A stretch of 64,000 bases of DNA from Escherichia coli (lineage in GTDB: Bacteria > Pseudomonadota > Gammaproteobacteria > Enterobacterales > Enterobacteriaceae), in the NCBI GenBank assembly GCA_902500205.1, contig GCA_902500205.1_4868.1; one strand, 5' to 3'. The number at the start of each line of letters is the position of its first letter. The stretch's first letter is position 1. Position numbers and translations under genes: made by a program. Below are positions 1 to 8,293 of this stretch, one piece after another. The notes beneath the pieces are model-generated. The model was given only the letters and a program-made list of their open reading frames with translations, made no database searches and was not told the origin of the DNA.

Positions 1-58
1 GCAGGTGGCAGGTGAACGTGCGTTAAAGGAGCTGGAGAAAGATCTGACGGGACATTAA
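1..58 (+). CDS. 3' end of an upstream gene (partial, runs off window start)
   Basis: Open frame from window edge (frame starting at nt 2) ending TAA 56-58, followed directly by a terminator. Confidence 0.3.
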   Translation, partial: QVAGERALKELEKDLTGH

Positions 59-66
59 TAGAAATT

Positions 67-97
67 CGGGGCTTCGGCCCCGTTTTCTTTTTTTTTT
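67..97 (+). terminator. Rho-independent terminator
   Basis: GC hairpin cggggc-TTCG-gccccg (67-82) followed by T-run. Confidence 0.7.
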
Positions 98-113
98 ATT
101 CGCCTTGGTATGA

Positions 114-998
114 ATGCCCTTTTCACTATGGAACAGAGCCATGATTGATATTTATACCGACTATGCGGCTGTATTGACAGTCAACCGTCACGAAGGTCGT
201 GCAGCACCGATGCTAGATTTAGTGACGCTCGGTATGGATTACGGTTACGATGTGGCGTTATCCGATGTTTATAGCAACCCGTTGTCTGACCCCGCGGACG
301 AAACTGTCCGTCTGGAATCCATTATCGTGAAGGTAGCGGTTGGATTAGGCAACCGCCTCGGTATCGGACTTAATCCACAAATCGTCTTCCAGAAACCGAA
401 AGAAACCGTACGTATCCTTCACGGTGTGTTGGAAGCCTTCGAAGAGTTCGAAGACAGTGATGCCCTTTACGGGATTGTCTCCTCTGGTGAGACACCAGAG
501 TATATCCTGGAGAACATGTGTCGTTATGTTTACGGTGACGAAAACCTGCACTTCGAAGACCTGATTACTGTTGTCAGCCCACGCGTGCTTACCGTGATGG
601 AGAACTTCTTAGCAGCAGAGTCGTTGGAAAGCCAGAAAAGAAATGGCGATGATGAGCGCCAAGAACGTATCGTCACTTACTTGCGGTTGTTCCCTGAGAA
701 CCCGTCAGCGTTTGTCTTTATGAATCTGCCTGCTGAACCAGACTTAACAGTGGTGCAACAATCGTTAGAATTTCGCGTAGAGGACATTAGCGAAATTGAT
801 TTGCTGACGATGTATGCGGTAGGTTTATCGATTATTCCTCATGCGGAGTTTGATGGGGCTTACGGTGACTTAGAAAAGAACCTTGCCCTGTTGAACGTCG
901 ACAACGTCCCGCCTGGAGAAATCTTGCGGAAAGGATTGGAAGCGTTGAAAGTCATATACGCTAGTGGGGACGCGGAGGTAGATGATGAACAAGATTGA
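114..998 (+). CDS. Hypothetical acidic protein; overlaps and is probably co-translated with the downstream RNAP beta'-like gene
   Basis: 294-aa ORF; 17-nt overlap with next gene; no recognisable motif. Confidence 0.5.
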   Translation: MPFSLWNRAMIDIYTDYAAVLTVNRHEGRAAPMLDLVTLGMDYGYDVALSDVYSNPLSDPADETVRLESIIVKVAVGLGNRLGIGLNPQIVFQKPKETVRILHGVLEAFEEFEDSDALYGIVSSGETPEYILENMCRYVYGDENLHFEDLITVVSPRVLTVMENFLAAESLESQKRNGDDERQERIVTYLRLFPENPSAFVFMNLPAEPDLTVVQQSLEFRVEDISEIDLLTMYAVGLSIIPHAEFDGAYGDLEKNLALLNVDNVPPGEILRKGLEALKVIYASGDAEVDDEQD

Positions 999-2280
999 CT
1001 ATCTGGTCGCTGCGTGTAAAGCAGAAGCTTGGCGTAGACTGGTGTGGCGTATTGCGGTTTTCAACGTGGCAATCTTTAATGAAAAAGGTGAGCCACCTGA
1101 GCAATACGACCTGAACTACATTGACGGCTTGCCCCACTACTGGGAAAACGAAGAAATTAAATGGGTGCCGATTGAAGGGTGCAAAAAAGATGAAGAGCTG
1201 TTCGTGCCGGAAGAGCAGTTTGAATTGCGTCCTGAGATGTACCCAGGTTTAGCTGGTCCCATTCCGACTACCGTGGGTCGCTATGTCTTTAACTGGATTG
1301 CCATCTATTACGCTTTCGGTACCCGTCTCCCGTATCTGGCAGAGTCTCGTGACCCACTAGCCTACCGTAAAGAGATGTATGAGCGTTGTGTGGAATATGA
1401 CGACAGCGATCCAGACAACGAAGACGCGATTCGACCGTACATGATAGGACGCTTTGTAGGGGGTCTACACGAGCTTGCTCCGTTGTGTCGTGGGATTGCC
1501 CCAACAGGAACTATTAGAAGCCTTACAACGCATCCTGACGCGTATAAGGTACGAGATGCGTTGCTGTTGAAGCACAAAGACGAACTGGATAACCCTGCGG
1601 TTATCGTTATGATTGAAAAAGCTCTCGACGAACTTGATAAAGAGTGGTTGAGTGGCGACCAGTCCGTTGAGTTCTACAGCTCTCCTAAAGCGCGTATGCG
1701 TCGCCGTAAGCTGATGCTGATGTATGGTATTCAGACCGCTTTTAAAGAAGGTGCAGATTTTACCTTAATCCCAACGAGTCTGATGGAAGTTGATCAGACC
1801 GGGATGAAGTATCTGGTAGAGAAATTCAATGATACGCGAGAAGGTTCCTTCATGCGTGGTGCAGAAACTGCCAAGGGCGGGGAGCAAGTACGTATCATCC
1901 AGATGATCTTCCAGAACCACAAAATCGTACCTGGTGATTGCGGGACAAAACTGACACATGCAGTTGTAATTAACCAGTATAACTACAAGCGTTATGTTGG
2001 CATGAACGCGATGATTAACGGTAAAGTTACCCAACTCACCGAAGAGTATTTGAAAACGCAATTCGGTAAAGTTGTTCGACTCCGCCGACCCATCTTATGT
2101 CAGCAAGGTCACGTAGACTGTTGTGCGGCGTGCGCCTCTGCACACAAAGCAGAAGAGCCACGGGCAATCGCTGCGGATATCTCTTCCGGCTTCTCGAACG
2201 TTATGACCACCGCAATGGGTGCGATGCACGGTCGTGAAACCGTGGTTAAAGAGTACATCCCTAAATTCCACATCACCTAA
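982..2280 (+). CDS. Multisubunit RNA polymerase beta'-like subunit, C-terminal portion (split rpoC, regions F/G-like)
   Basis: GGAGG RBS 974-978. By-eye alignment to bacterial beta': ...MRGAETAKGG...VRIIQMIFQ...PGDCGT (cf. HGARKGLADTALKT...LTRRLVDVAQ...EDDCGT), Cys cluster CQQGHVDCCAAC (cf. CDTDFGVCAHC), then AIAADISSGFSNVMTTAMGAMHG (cf. [26 protein letters not shown] trigger loop). Confidence 0.55.
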   Translation: MMNKIDYLVAACKAEAWRRLVWRIAVFNVAIFNEKGEPPEQYDLNYIDGLPHYWENEEIKWVPIEGCKKDEELFVPEEQFELRPEMYPGLAGPIPTTVGRYVFNWIAIYYAFGTRLPYLAESRDPLAYRKEMYERCVEYDDSDPDNEDAIRPYMIGRFVGGLHELAPLCRGIAPTGTIRSLTTHPDAYKVRDALLLKHKDELDNPAVIVMIEKALDELDKEWLSGDQSVEFYSSPKARMRRRKLMLMYGIQTAFKEGADFTLIPTSLMEVDQTGMKYLVEKFNDTREGSFMRGAETAKGGEQVRIIQMIFQNHKIVPGDCGTKLTHAVVINQYNYKRYVGMNAMINGKVTQLTEEYLKTQFGKVVRLRRPILCQQGHVDCCAACASAHKAEEPRAIAADISSGFSNVMTTAMGAMHGRETVVKEYIPKFHIT

Positions 2281-2293
2281 GGATTGTTTCCTC

Positions 2294-2794
2294 ATGACTA
2301 AGAAAGACACTACTACCCTTGACCCGCGTACAGAAGGCGTGGTCCGTGATAGCGCTTCTTACAGCAACGACGACCAATATCGTGTTAAACTGATCACCAC
2401 GATGCTCGATGAAGCAGGTAACAATGCCGGTCCACGCAAAGCATCTGGTACCCAGGCTGAGAAAGATGCGTATAATAAGCTGCATCACTCTTTCCGTGAG
2501 CTGTTTAAACTGCGCGGTCAGGCATTCCTGGACGGTTTCTACGCCTTCGTAGAAGCGGCTAATAAGCATCGTAACGGTATTTTCTACGCACCGGCTGCTA
2601 ATAACCGTATCAGTGAGAACTTCCCGAATCGTGACGAGCGTGAAGTCTTCGTTATCTTTATTAACATGCTGATTCGTTACGCACGTTGCGCCGATAAAGG
2701 CCGTTTCCGTGATACCAACGATGTTGACCGTCTGGCTCGTCGCCTGAACGACCCGGACCTGCGTTCGCTGGTTATGCACGCCTTTGGCGGCTAA
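2294..2794 (+). CDS. Hypothetical protein
   Basis: ORF with AAGGA RBS about 10 nt upstream of ATG 2294; track ORF begins at 2219 but overlaps the previous gene. Confidence 0.5.
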   Translation: MTKKDTTTLDPRTEGVVRDSASYSNDDQYRVKLITTMLDEAGNNAGPRKASGTQAEKDAYNKLHHSFRELFKLRGQAFLDGFYAFVEAANKHRNGIFYAPAANNRISENFPNRDEREVFVIFINMLIRYARCADKGRFRDTNDVDRLARRLNDPDLRSLVMHAFGG

Positions 2795-2803
2795 ATAAAA
2801 GTA

Positions 2804-2843
2804 CCTCTCTACCCTAGGGTAGAGAGGCCTTTCTTTTTTTGTT
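2804..2843. terminator. Bidirectional rho-independent terminator between convergent genes
   Basis: Hairpin cctctctaccctagggtagagagg with A-run upstream and T-run downstream. Confidence 0.7.
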
Positions 2844-4628
2844 TTAGAACCCGCAGATGTACTCCATAGGCTCTGTCACTACTTCCCCTTGCTTACGTAA
2901 GAACGTAGACAGGACAGTGTCTTTGTCCGGTAAGCAGAAGAAGTCTGTCGCTATTTCCATGGCATTAACTCGCCCAGCAGTTAAGTTGACGCCCGTGCGA
3001 CGTCGAATCTCTTCACTAACCCCATTGATGGACAGTAGTTCGATGAGTGTGGTCTCACGAGACTGGTTCATCATGTTTGTGGCCGACGGGTAGGCCTGGG
3101 TTAAGTCCGCATCCGCAGTTTGACCACGGAACGCAGAGTAATATTCGTCAATCTCCTCCAGAATGTTATTCAGACCGTTCTCAGCATTCATACATGCCGT
3201 CAGGGTAACAATCCAACCGTCTGTACCGATAACCTCTTCATCGTAATCGTTACGCATTGCAGACCCTACGGAACCGATGACGTATCCTTTGTCATACAGA
3301 TAATAGGTAAAGGCCACGCAGATACGTTTTGGTAGCGACGGGAAGATATCATACATCGAGAAACCTGCCAGAATGGATATTGCCGAAGACAAGTCGTTCG
3401 TCTTCTTATCCAACAACACGATTAACAAGTTATCCATCATGTTGTATACGGCATATTCGGCAGGGTAGTCCCGTTGCGCTTTTATGTGCCATTGCAGGTT
3501 ATCTTCATACGGCAGTCCAGGAATGTCGAGTTTGTGTAAACCGAGTTCGGTGTACAGTATGGCAGATAACTTGTACGAAGGACGTTGGCCTTCGTGGACA
3601 CGCAACGAACGGAATAACACCATGGCATCCACACAGTAGAAAGACGCAGTACAGTAGAGTACGTGCCACTGTTGTGACGGTGCTTTGGTGAGTGACTTGG
3701 ATTCTGTCTTTTTGTTCGCCTGGTCTTCTTTAAACCACAGACGACGGTATTTCTCCGGAACATCCGGATGGTTAAAGACGCCCAGTGGATCGATACCTTC
3801 TTTCTGCAAGGTTTCCAACATGCGTGAAATATCGAACTGGTGGTTCCATGCGACCAGCAAATCAGGAAGACGCGGATGAATTTCTTCGAACATCCTGACG
3901 ATGCACTGCCCTGCCGTAGCGCAGGTATAGGTGAATATTTTATAACCGCTGATAATGTCTTTGGTCTTTGTCACCTTTTCGCCAGTCTTTTTGTCTTTCT
4001 CATCGAATTCGATTTTGCTTAAGAGTTCCTGCGCTTTTTTGAGAATGACTTCTTCCGCGTTTTTACCGATGCGGTCCATGTAGTTCTTAGCACCAAAGAA
4101 ATGGATTTCGTCGTCTAAGATAAATGACACGATCCACGGTTCCTTCGTGCCGTCCATTTCGTTAGTCTCCACGTCGTATACGCAAAGACGGTTAGGACTG
4201 ATATTGTTCGGCCAGCGCTTTAAGTATTTCTGTTTAATCCAGCTGGTAATCGGTAAGTCGGCCCAATAAACGTACGGGCTAGTACAGACTCGGCGCAGGT
4301 TCTTTTTCGGGTCAGGGAAACGTGCACCTAAACCCATCTGCAACGTCTTCGCCATCTGCGCATCAGTAGTCCAGAGTTCTTGACATTTTCCTTTTTCTTC
4401 GAACTCTTTTTTCTCCTGGTGGTTACGATATTCTTCACGGGTAACGTACACCGGACGCTTTAAATTCTCACGCATTACCAAGCGCGGGATAAGCCTGCCA
4501 TCCTTAGTATGGATGACCTCTTTGATGAGGACAAAGTCATTTTCTTTTTCTTCGTCCGTCGCATAAGCGACGTGCTTGCACTCTTTAGCGATGACATCCT
4601 CGGGTGCGTAATAGGTATTGATTTCCAT
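2844..4628 (-). CDS. DnaQ-like (DEDDy) 3'-5' exonuclease domain protein
   Basis: 594 aa; motifs in order VYDVETN (Exo I, D-x-E), AWNHQFD (Exo II), YNMMDNLL (Exo III, Y-x3-D). Confidence 0.5.
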   Translation of the reverse strand: MEINTYYAPEDVIAKECKHVAYATDEEKENDFVLIKEVIHTKDGRLIPRLVMRENLKRPVYVTREEYRNHQEKKEFEEKGKCQELWTTDAQMAKTLQMGLGARFPDPKKNLRRVCTSPYVYWADLPITSWIKQKYLKRWPNNISPNRLCVYDVETNEMDGTKEPWIVSFILDDEIHFFGAKNYMDRIGKNAEEVILKKAQELLSKIEFDEKDKKTGEKVTKTKDIISGYKIFTYTCATAGQCIVRMFEEIHPRLPDLLVAWNHQFDISRMLETLQKEGIDPLGVFNHPDVPEKYRRLWFKEDQANKKTESKSLTKAPSQQWHVLYCTASFYCVDAMVLFRSLRVHEGQRPSYKLSAILYTELGLHKLDIPGLPYEDNLQWHIKAQRDYPAEYAVYNMMDNLLIVLLDKKTNDLSSAISILAGFSMYDIFPSLPKRICVAFTYYLYDKGYVIGSVGSAMRNDYDEEVIGTDGWIVTLTACMNAENGLNNILEEIDEYYSAFRGQTADADLTQAYPSATNMMNQSRETTLIELLSINGVSEEIRRRTGVNLTAGRVNAMEIATDFFCLPDKDTVLSTFLRKQGEVVTEPMEYICGF

Positions 4629-4698
4629 GGTCTACTCTCAAATATGGTGTCTGCTATACTGATTTGTGGGTAACGTATTTTCTAAAAGGAACGTCTAA

Positions 4699-6051
4699 AT
4701 GGGACACTGGCAAAAGCACATAACCTCGTTGGCCGACGCGAAAGCCGTGGCCTCGGAATCCATCGGATTCCAAGATAAAAAGAAACTCGCCTCTTTGGCG
4801 GAAGTGGTACGTAAGTTCCGTGATGCGGGCGACTTCTCGCCAGCGGGTTATCAGAGTTCTGGTATTGCTGCCTGGGTCTTTGACAACAACGGTATTACAG
4901 TCCTGCCTCGTAACGGGTCCGACTTAGGTGTGGCGGACGTTGTGTTTGCGGGTGTGGAGCCGCCGAAGCTCGACGCGAACAACCCAATCATCGCCGACCT
5001 GCAACGCAAGATGGTGCAGGGTAACATCGACCTGGATGTCTACAGTAAGTTCTTAAAAGAGAACGAGCTGAACGGCGAGTTCGACGATAAAAATGCGAAG
5101 CTTTCAGGCGAACTCAGCAAGGTGCCGTCCCCACTTTGGCTGACCCCGAAACTACTGACCGGTATCGAGTTAACGGATTTAGAAGTCGCGGCGATTATTC
5201 TACATGAAGTCGGCCACGTCTATTACTATTTCCGTACCTTGATGCGTACGGTGGTAACGAACCTGATTGCGGATGCTGCAGCGAACCGCATGATGCAAAC
5301 AGAAGACCCGACAGTGCGTTTAAAAGTCGTAAAAGACGTTGAACGTATGCTGAACACCAAAGTGAATCAGCCGGAAACTATCTGCAAAGAGATGTCTAAA
5401 GAGAACATCTACATGCATCTGGTGACAGACATTCTGCTTGAGCGTCCGTTTGTTACCGGTTCGGAAGGGTTCGCTAACCGTACCTGGGAACGTGCTGCAG
5501 ATGACTTCGCAGCTCGCTTTGGTGCAGCCCCGTACCTGGCGTCAGCCCTGTACAAAATCGAAACGTCCCAATTCTATCTCTGCCGGAACGCGTCGTACAT
5601 GAACTACGGTGTGCATCTGATGCTGGAAATGCTTAACGTTTCGCTGCTGATTGTGGCTTCGACTAATCCAGTTGGTCTGTTCTTCACGACTATCTCAGTC
5701 GCGTTCGGCCTGATTGTGAACGACCCACGCAACACCATCTACGATCCGCCGCAGGAACGTTTTGAGACGATGCGCCGTAACTTAGTGGAGGAGCTGAACA
5801 CCTTAAAAGGCAGCACCACGAAAGAAGCGAACGAACATCGTAAACGTATTCTGCAGGGCATTGCGTCTATCGACGAACTACTGAAAACCGTGAAAGACAA
5901 AGACAACGTCTTTAGCTTCATCATGAAAACGCTGACCCCTGGCGGTCGCCGTGAGCGTGCTGGGGTGGATTATCAGCGTACGATGGAGCGCTATCTTTCT
6001 AATGACCTGCGTGTGGCTTCTGCGAAGCTTAGTCAGGCGACTTCTTCCTAA
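4699..6051 (+). CDS. Putative zinc metallopeptidase-like membrane protein (HExxH)
   Basis: AAAGGA RBS; motif AAIILHEVGHVYYYF; hydrophobic segments NVSLLIVASTNPVGLFFTTISVAFGLIV near C-terminal third. Confidence 0.4.
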   Translation: MGHWQKHITSLADAKAVASESIGFQDKKKLASLAEVVRKFRDAGDFSPAGYQSSGIAAWVFDNNGITVLPRNGSDLGVADVVFAGVEPPKLDANNPIIADLQRKMVQGNIDLDVYSKFLKENELNGEFDDKNAKLSGELSKVPSPLWLTPKLLTGIELTDLEVAAIILHEVGHVYYYFRTLMRTVVTNLIADAAANRMMQTEDPTVRLKVVKDVERMLNTKVNQPETICKEMSKENIYMHLVTDILLERPFVTGSEGFANRTWERAADDFAARFGAAPYLASALYKIETSQFYLCRNASYMNYGVHLMLEMLNVSLLIVASTNPVGLFFTTISVAFGLIVNDPRNTIYDPPQERFETMRRNLVEELNTLKGSTTKEANEHRKRILQGIASIDELLKTVKDKDNVFSFIMKTLTPGGRRERAGVDYQRTMERYLSNDLRVASAKLSQATSS

Positions 6052-6066
6052 GTAAGGGTACTTAAC

Positions 6067-6510
6067 ATGACGCATAAAGTTTCTTTAAATAACCTGGTAC
6101 TGGATTTCAAACGTACCAACGAAGGGAAAGGTGTACACGCCCAGCGTGCTTTGACCGGCCTGGTTGCTTTCTCACTGGCGTATAACGCGGTACTGGCTGA
6201 TAATGGTCAATATGGCGCTGCAGAGGCCGCTGGGACGTTTTTACGTCCGGTAATGCGTAATATCGTCTCTGACGTTAACGAGCTGTACTGTGTTGATTTG
6301 GGCGTGATTGAGGACATGACCGTGGGTCTGTACTGCAATCGTTACTGCAACGTGTATGGCGGCGCTAAAGCCCTGGAAAGTTTCTCTGTTCGTGAAATCT
6401 TCAACCAGGCGCTCGGTGAAGATATCTGGGAAACCGTCGGTCTGTGGATTAGCCGCTTTATGGAAGTGGTTGGTTTCTACATGGCAGAACTGAAAGGGCA
6501 AATTTCATGA
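6067..6510 (+). CDS. Hypothetical protein
   Basis: 147-aa ORF, stop overlaps next start (ATGA). Confidence 0.5.
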   Translation: MTHKVSLNNLVLDFKRTNEGKGVHAQRALTGLVAFSLAYNAVLADNGQYGAAEAAGTFLRPVMRNIVSDVNELYCVDLGVIEDMTVGLYCNRYCNVYGGAKALESFSVREIFNQALGEDIWETVGLWISRFMEVVGFYMAELKGQIS

Positions 6511-8240
6511 GCATGGAAATGACAGGTAACGCCACCCACCCCAAATGGCGTTTGGGGGAGATCGGTGAAGTCCTGCGTTCACGTATGGCCGAGCGTATTG
6601 ATTCTGTCAACCAGCTCAATCTGTACATGCAACGCAACGAAGCCGACTTAATCTACGGCTCTCGACTGATTCTGCAAATCGACGCGATTCTTGACGAAGT
6701 TCGTCGCGCGGGATTGTCGAAAGATGTCGCTGTCGCGGTTGAATCTTCTCGCCCAGGTACAATTCCCGAAGCCGTTCGCAAAATCCTGACCTCTAACTAT
6801 ACCCGCACGCACCAGAAAGAGACTATTGTTGCGCTCGAATCCTGGGCAAATGCAGGTAAAGTGGGATTGGTTGTGTTGATCATGACCGCGATTATCAAAA
6901 TCATCGGTTGGATTATCAGCAACGGTAACGGGTTTGCTGGTAATGGCGAATTTGACGGCGAAGGTTACGCTGAGAAAGTCGGCGAAAAAGCAGAGAGTTT
7001 CTCCCAGACCGAAAATACCATCATCGGTCAGCTGAAAATCAGCGCAGTGAAAGATGCATACATCGAAGCCTCTAAGGGTCTGAAAGGTCGTGACCTGGAA
7101 AACCTGAACTTGGCTATCGCGATGGCCGACGAAGTGTTTACGAACATGAACGCGGAAGAGTATCTGAACGACTTGAGCAGCGCGCTGGGTCGTTCGCCGT
7201 TCACTGAGTTGTTCAAAGGCTACACTAAGAAACGTCAGTCAAGCCAGCAGGTTATTCACGATCTGTTAGATACCCTGTTACAACACAACGTGACGTACGG
7301 TATCTACCCGATTGAAGTGGGTAAGAAAGCCTGGCAGGCGTTACCGAAGTCTGCTCGCGAAGCCGGTGTGCGTATTCCGAACCTGTTGAACTTCCATCAG
7401 ATGTCGAATGTTGCCAGCGAACTTATCGGTTACTTTGGCTCGCTCCAGAGTGCCTTTAAAGCGATGATTGACCCAAGCGTCGCCGAAGGTTTTAAGAATC
7501 AGCAAGGTTCAACCACCACGCACAACGGTAAGCAAGTTAACAAAGCAGCACACGACACCGCGCTTATTTTCGGTCAGGCGTTAGCGCAGCTGAACACCAC
7601 GATGAACTTCATCATCAGCGACGTTTCCCGCAAAGGATTCGAATACGCTACTGCACCTTTGGTCGTTATCCCAGAAAACAAAGTTCGCGGTTTAGTGGGT
7701 CATGATGATGGTGTGGACTTCGTGCCTGGTAAGGTATTGGTCAACGCACAAGCATCTGCGTTCTTGGGACGCGAGTGCTTAGAGCAAATGCGCCAGGCAG
7801 GCACGTTATCGGTTGGTGACGAACGTGAGTTGCTGGCTGTAGTGGTAACGTTAGGTAAACAAGGCTTTACCAACGACACCGCTGCGACTAACCTGAATCG
7901 TTACAGTGCGCTGGATAAGGCGGTTAACAACACGATTAAAGTGTTGGAGCAGTTCCAGAAAGCAACCAAGGATAACGTTGAATACGTTAACCTGATTAGC
8001 GAAGTCATCATGAATGAGCTTAATCAGCCTTCTGGCCTGCGTACCGACGGTCGTGAACTCTCGATGGTGTTATTCTCCCCAGACGGGGATGAAGACCTCT
8101 TCGTCGGCTTGCGACGTAACCTGTCGTTGGTGCGTCGTTGTTGCAGTGCTGCCGCTACATTGCAGACGATACTGAACCTGGCCAAACGTAACCCGTTGGT
8201 GAAAGGCAATAATCGCAAAAACATGCTTGACGGCGAATAA
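6507..8240 (+). CDS. Hypothetical protein with one predicted transmembrane helix; possible virion or ejection protein
   Basis: 577 aa; hydrophobic stretch VGLVVLIMTAIIKIIGWII; lies in structural module. Confidence 0.5.
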   Translation: MSMEMTGNATHPKWRLGEIGEVLRSRMAERIDSVNQLNLYMQRNEADLIYGSRLILQIDAILDEVRRAGLSKDVAVAVESSRPGTIPEAVRKILTSNYTRTHQKETIVALESWANAGKVGLVVLIMTAIIKIIGWIISNGNGFAGNGEFDGEGYAEKVGEKAESFSQTENTIIGQLKISAVKDAYIEASKGLKGRDLENLNLAIAMADEVFTNMNAEEYLNDLSSALGRSPFTELFKGYTKKRQSSQQVIHDLLDTLLQHNVTYGIYPIEVGKKAWQALPKSAREAGVRIPNLLNFHQMSNVASELIGYFGSLQSAFKAMIDPSVAEGFKNQQGSTTTHNGKQVNKAAHDTALIFGQALAQLNTTMNFIISDVSRKGFEYATAPLVVIPENKVRGLVGHDDGVDFVPGKVLVNAQASAFLGRECLEQMRQAGTLSVGDERELLAVVVTLGKQGFTNDTAATNLNRYSALDKAVNNTIKVLEQFQKATKDNVEYVNLISEVIMNELNQPSGLRTDGRELSMVLFSPDGDEDLFVGLRRNLSLVRRCCSAAATLQTILNLAKRNPLVKGNNRKNMLDGE

Positions 8241-8249
8241 AATAAAAGG

Positions 8250-8293
8250 CTACCCTCTCCTTCTGGAGAGGGTAGTGCTTTTTTATTCTTTTT
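8250..8293. terminator. Bidirectional rho-independent terminator
   Basis: Hairpin ctaccctctccttctggagagggtag flanked by A-run and T-run; sits between convergent genes. Confidence 0.7.

Noticed and set aside
2219-2293. Upstream extension of ORF 2219..2794 (and similar track starts at 13612, 31135, 55053, 57336)
   Set aside because: Extensions overlap the preceding gene or a terminator hairpin and lack an RBS; the internal ATG with an RBS was preferred.
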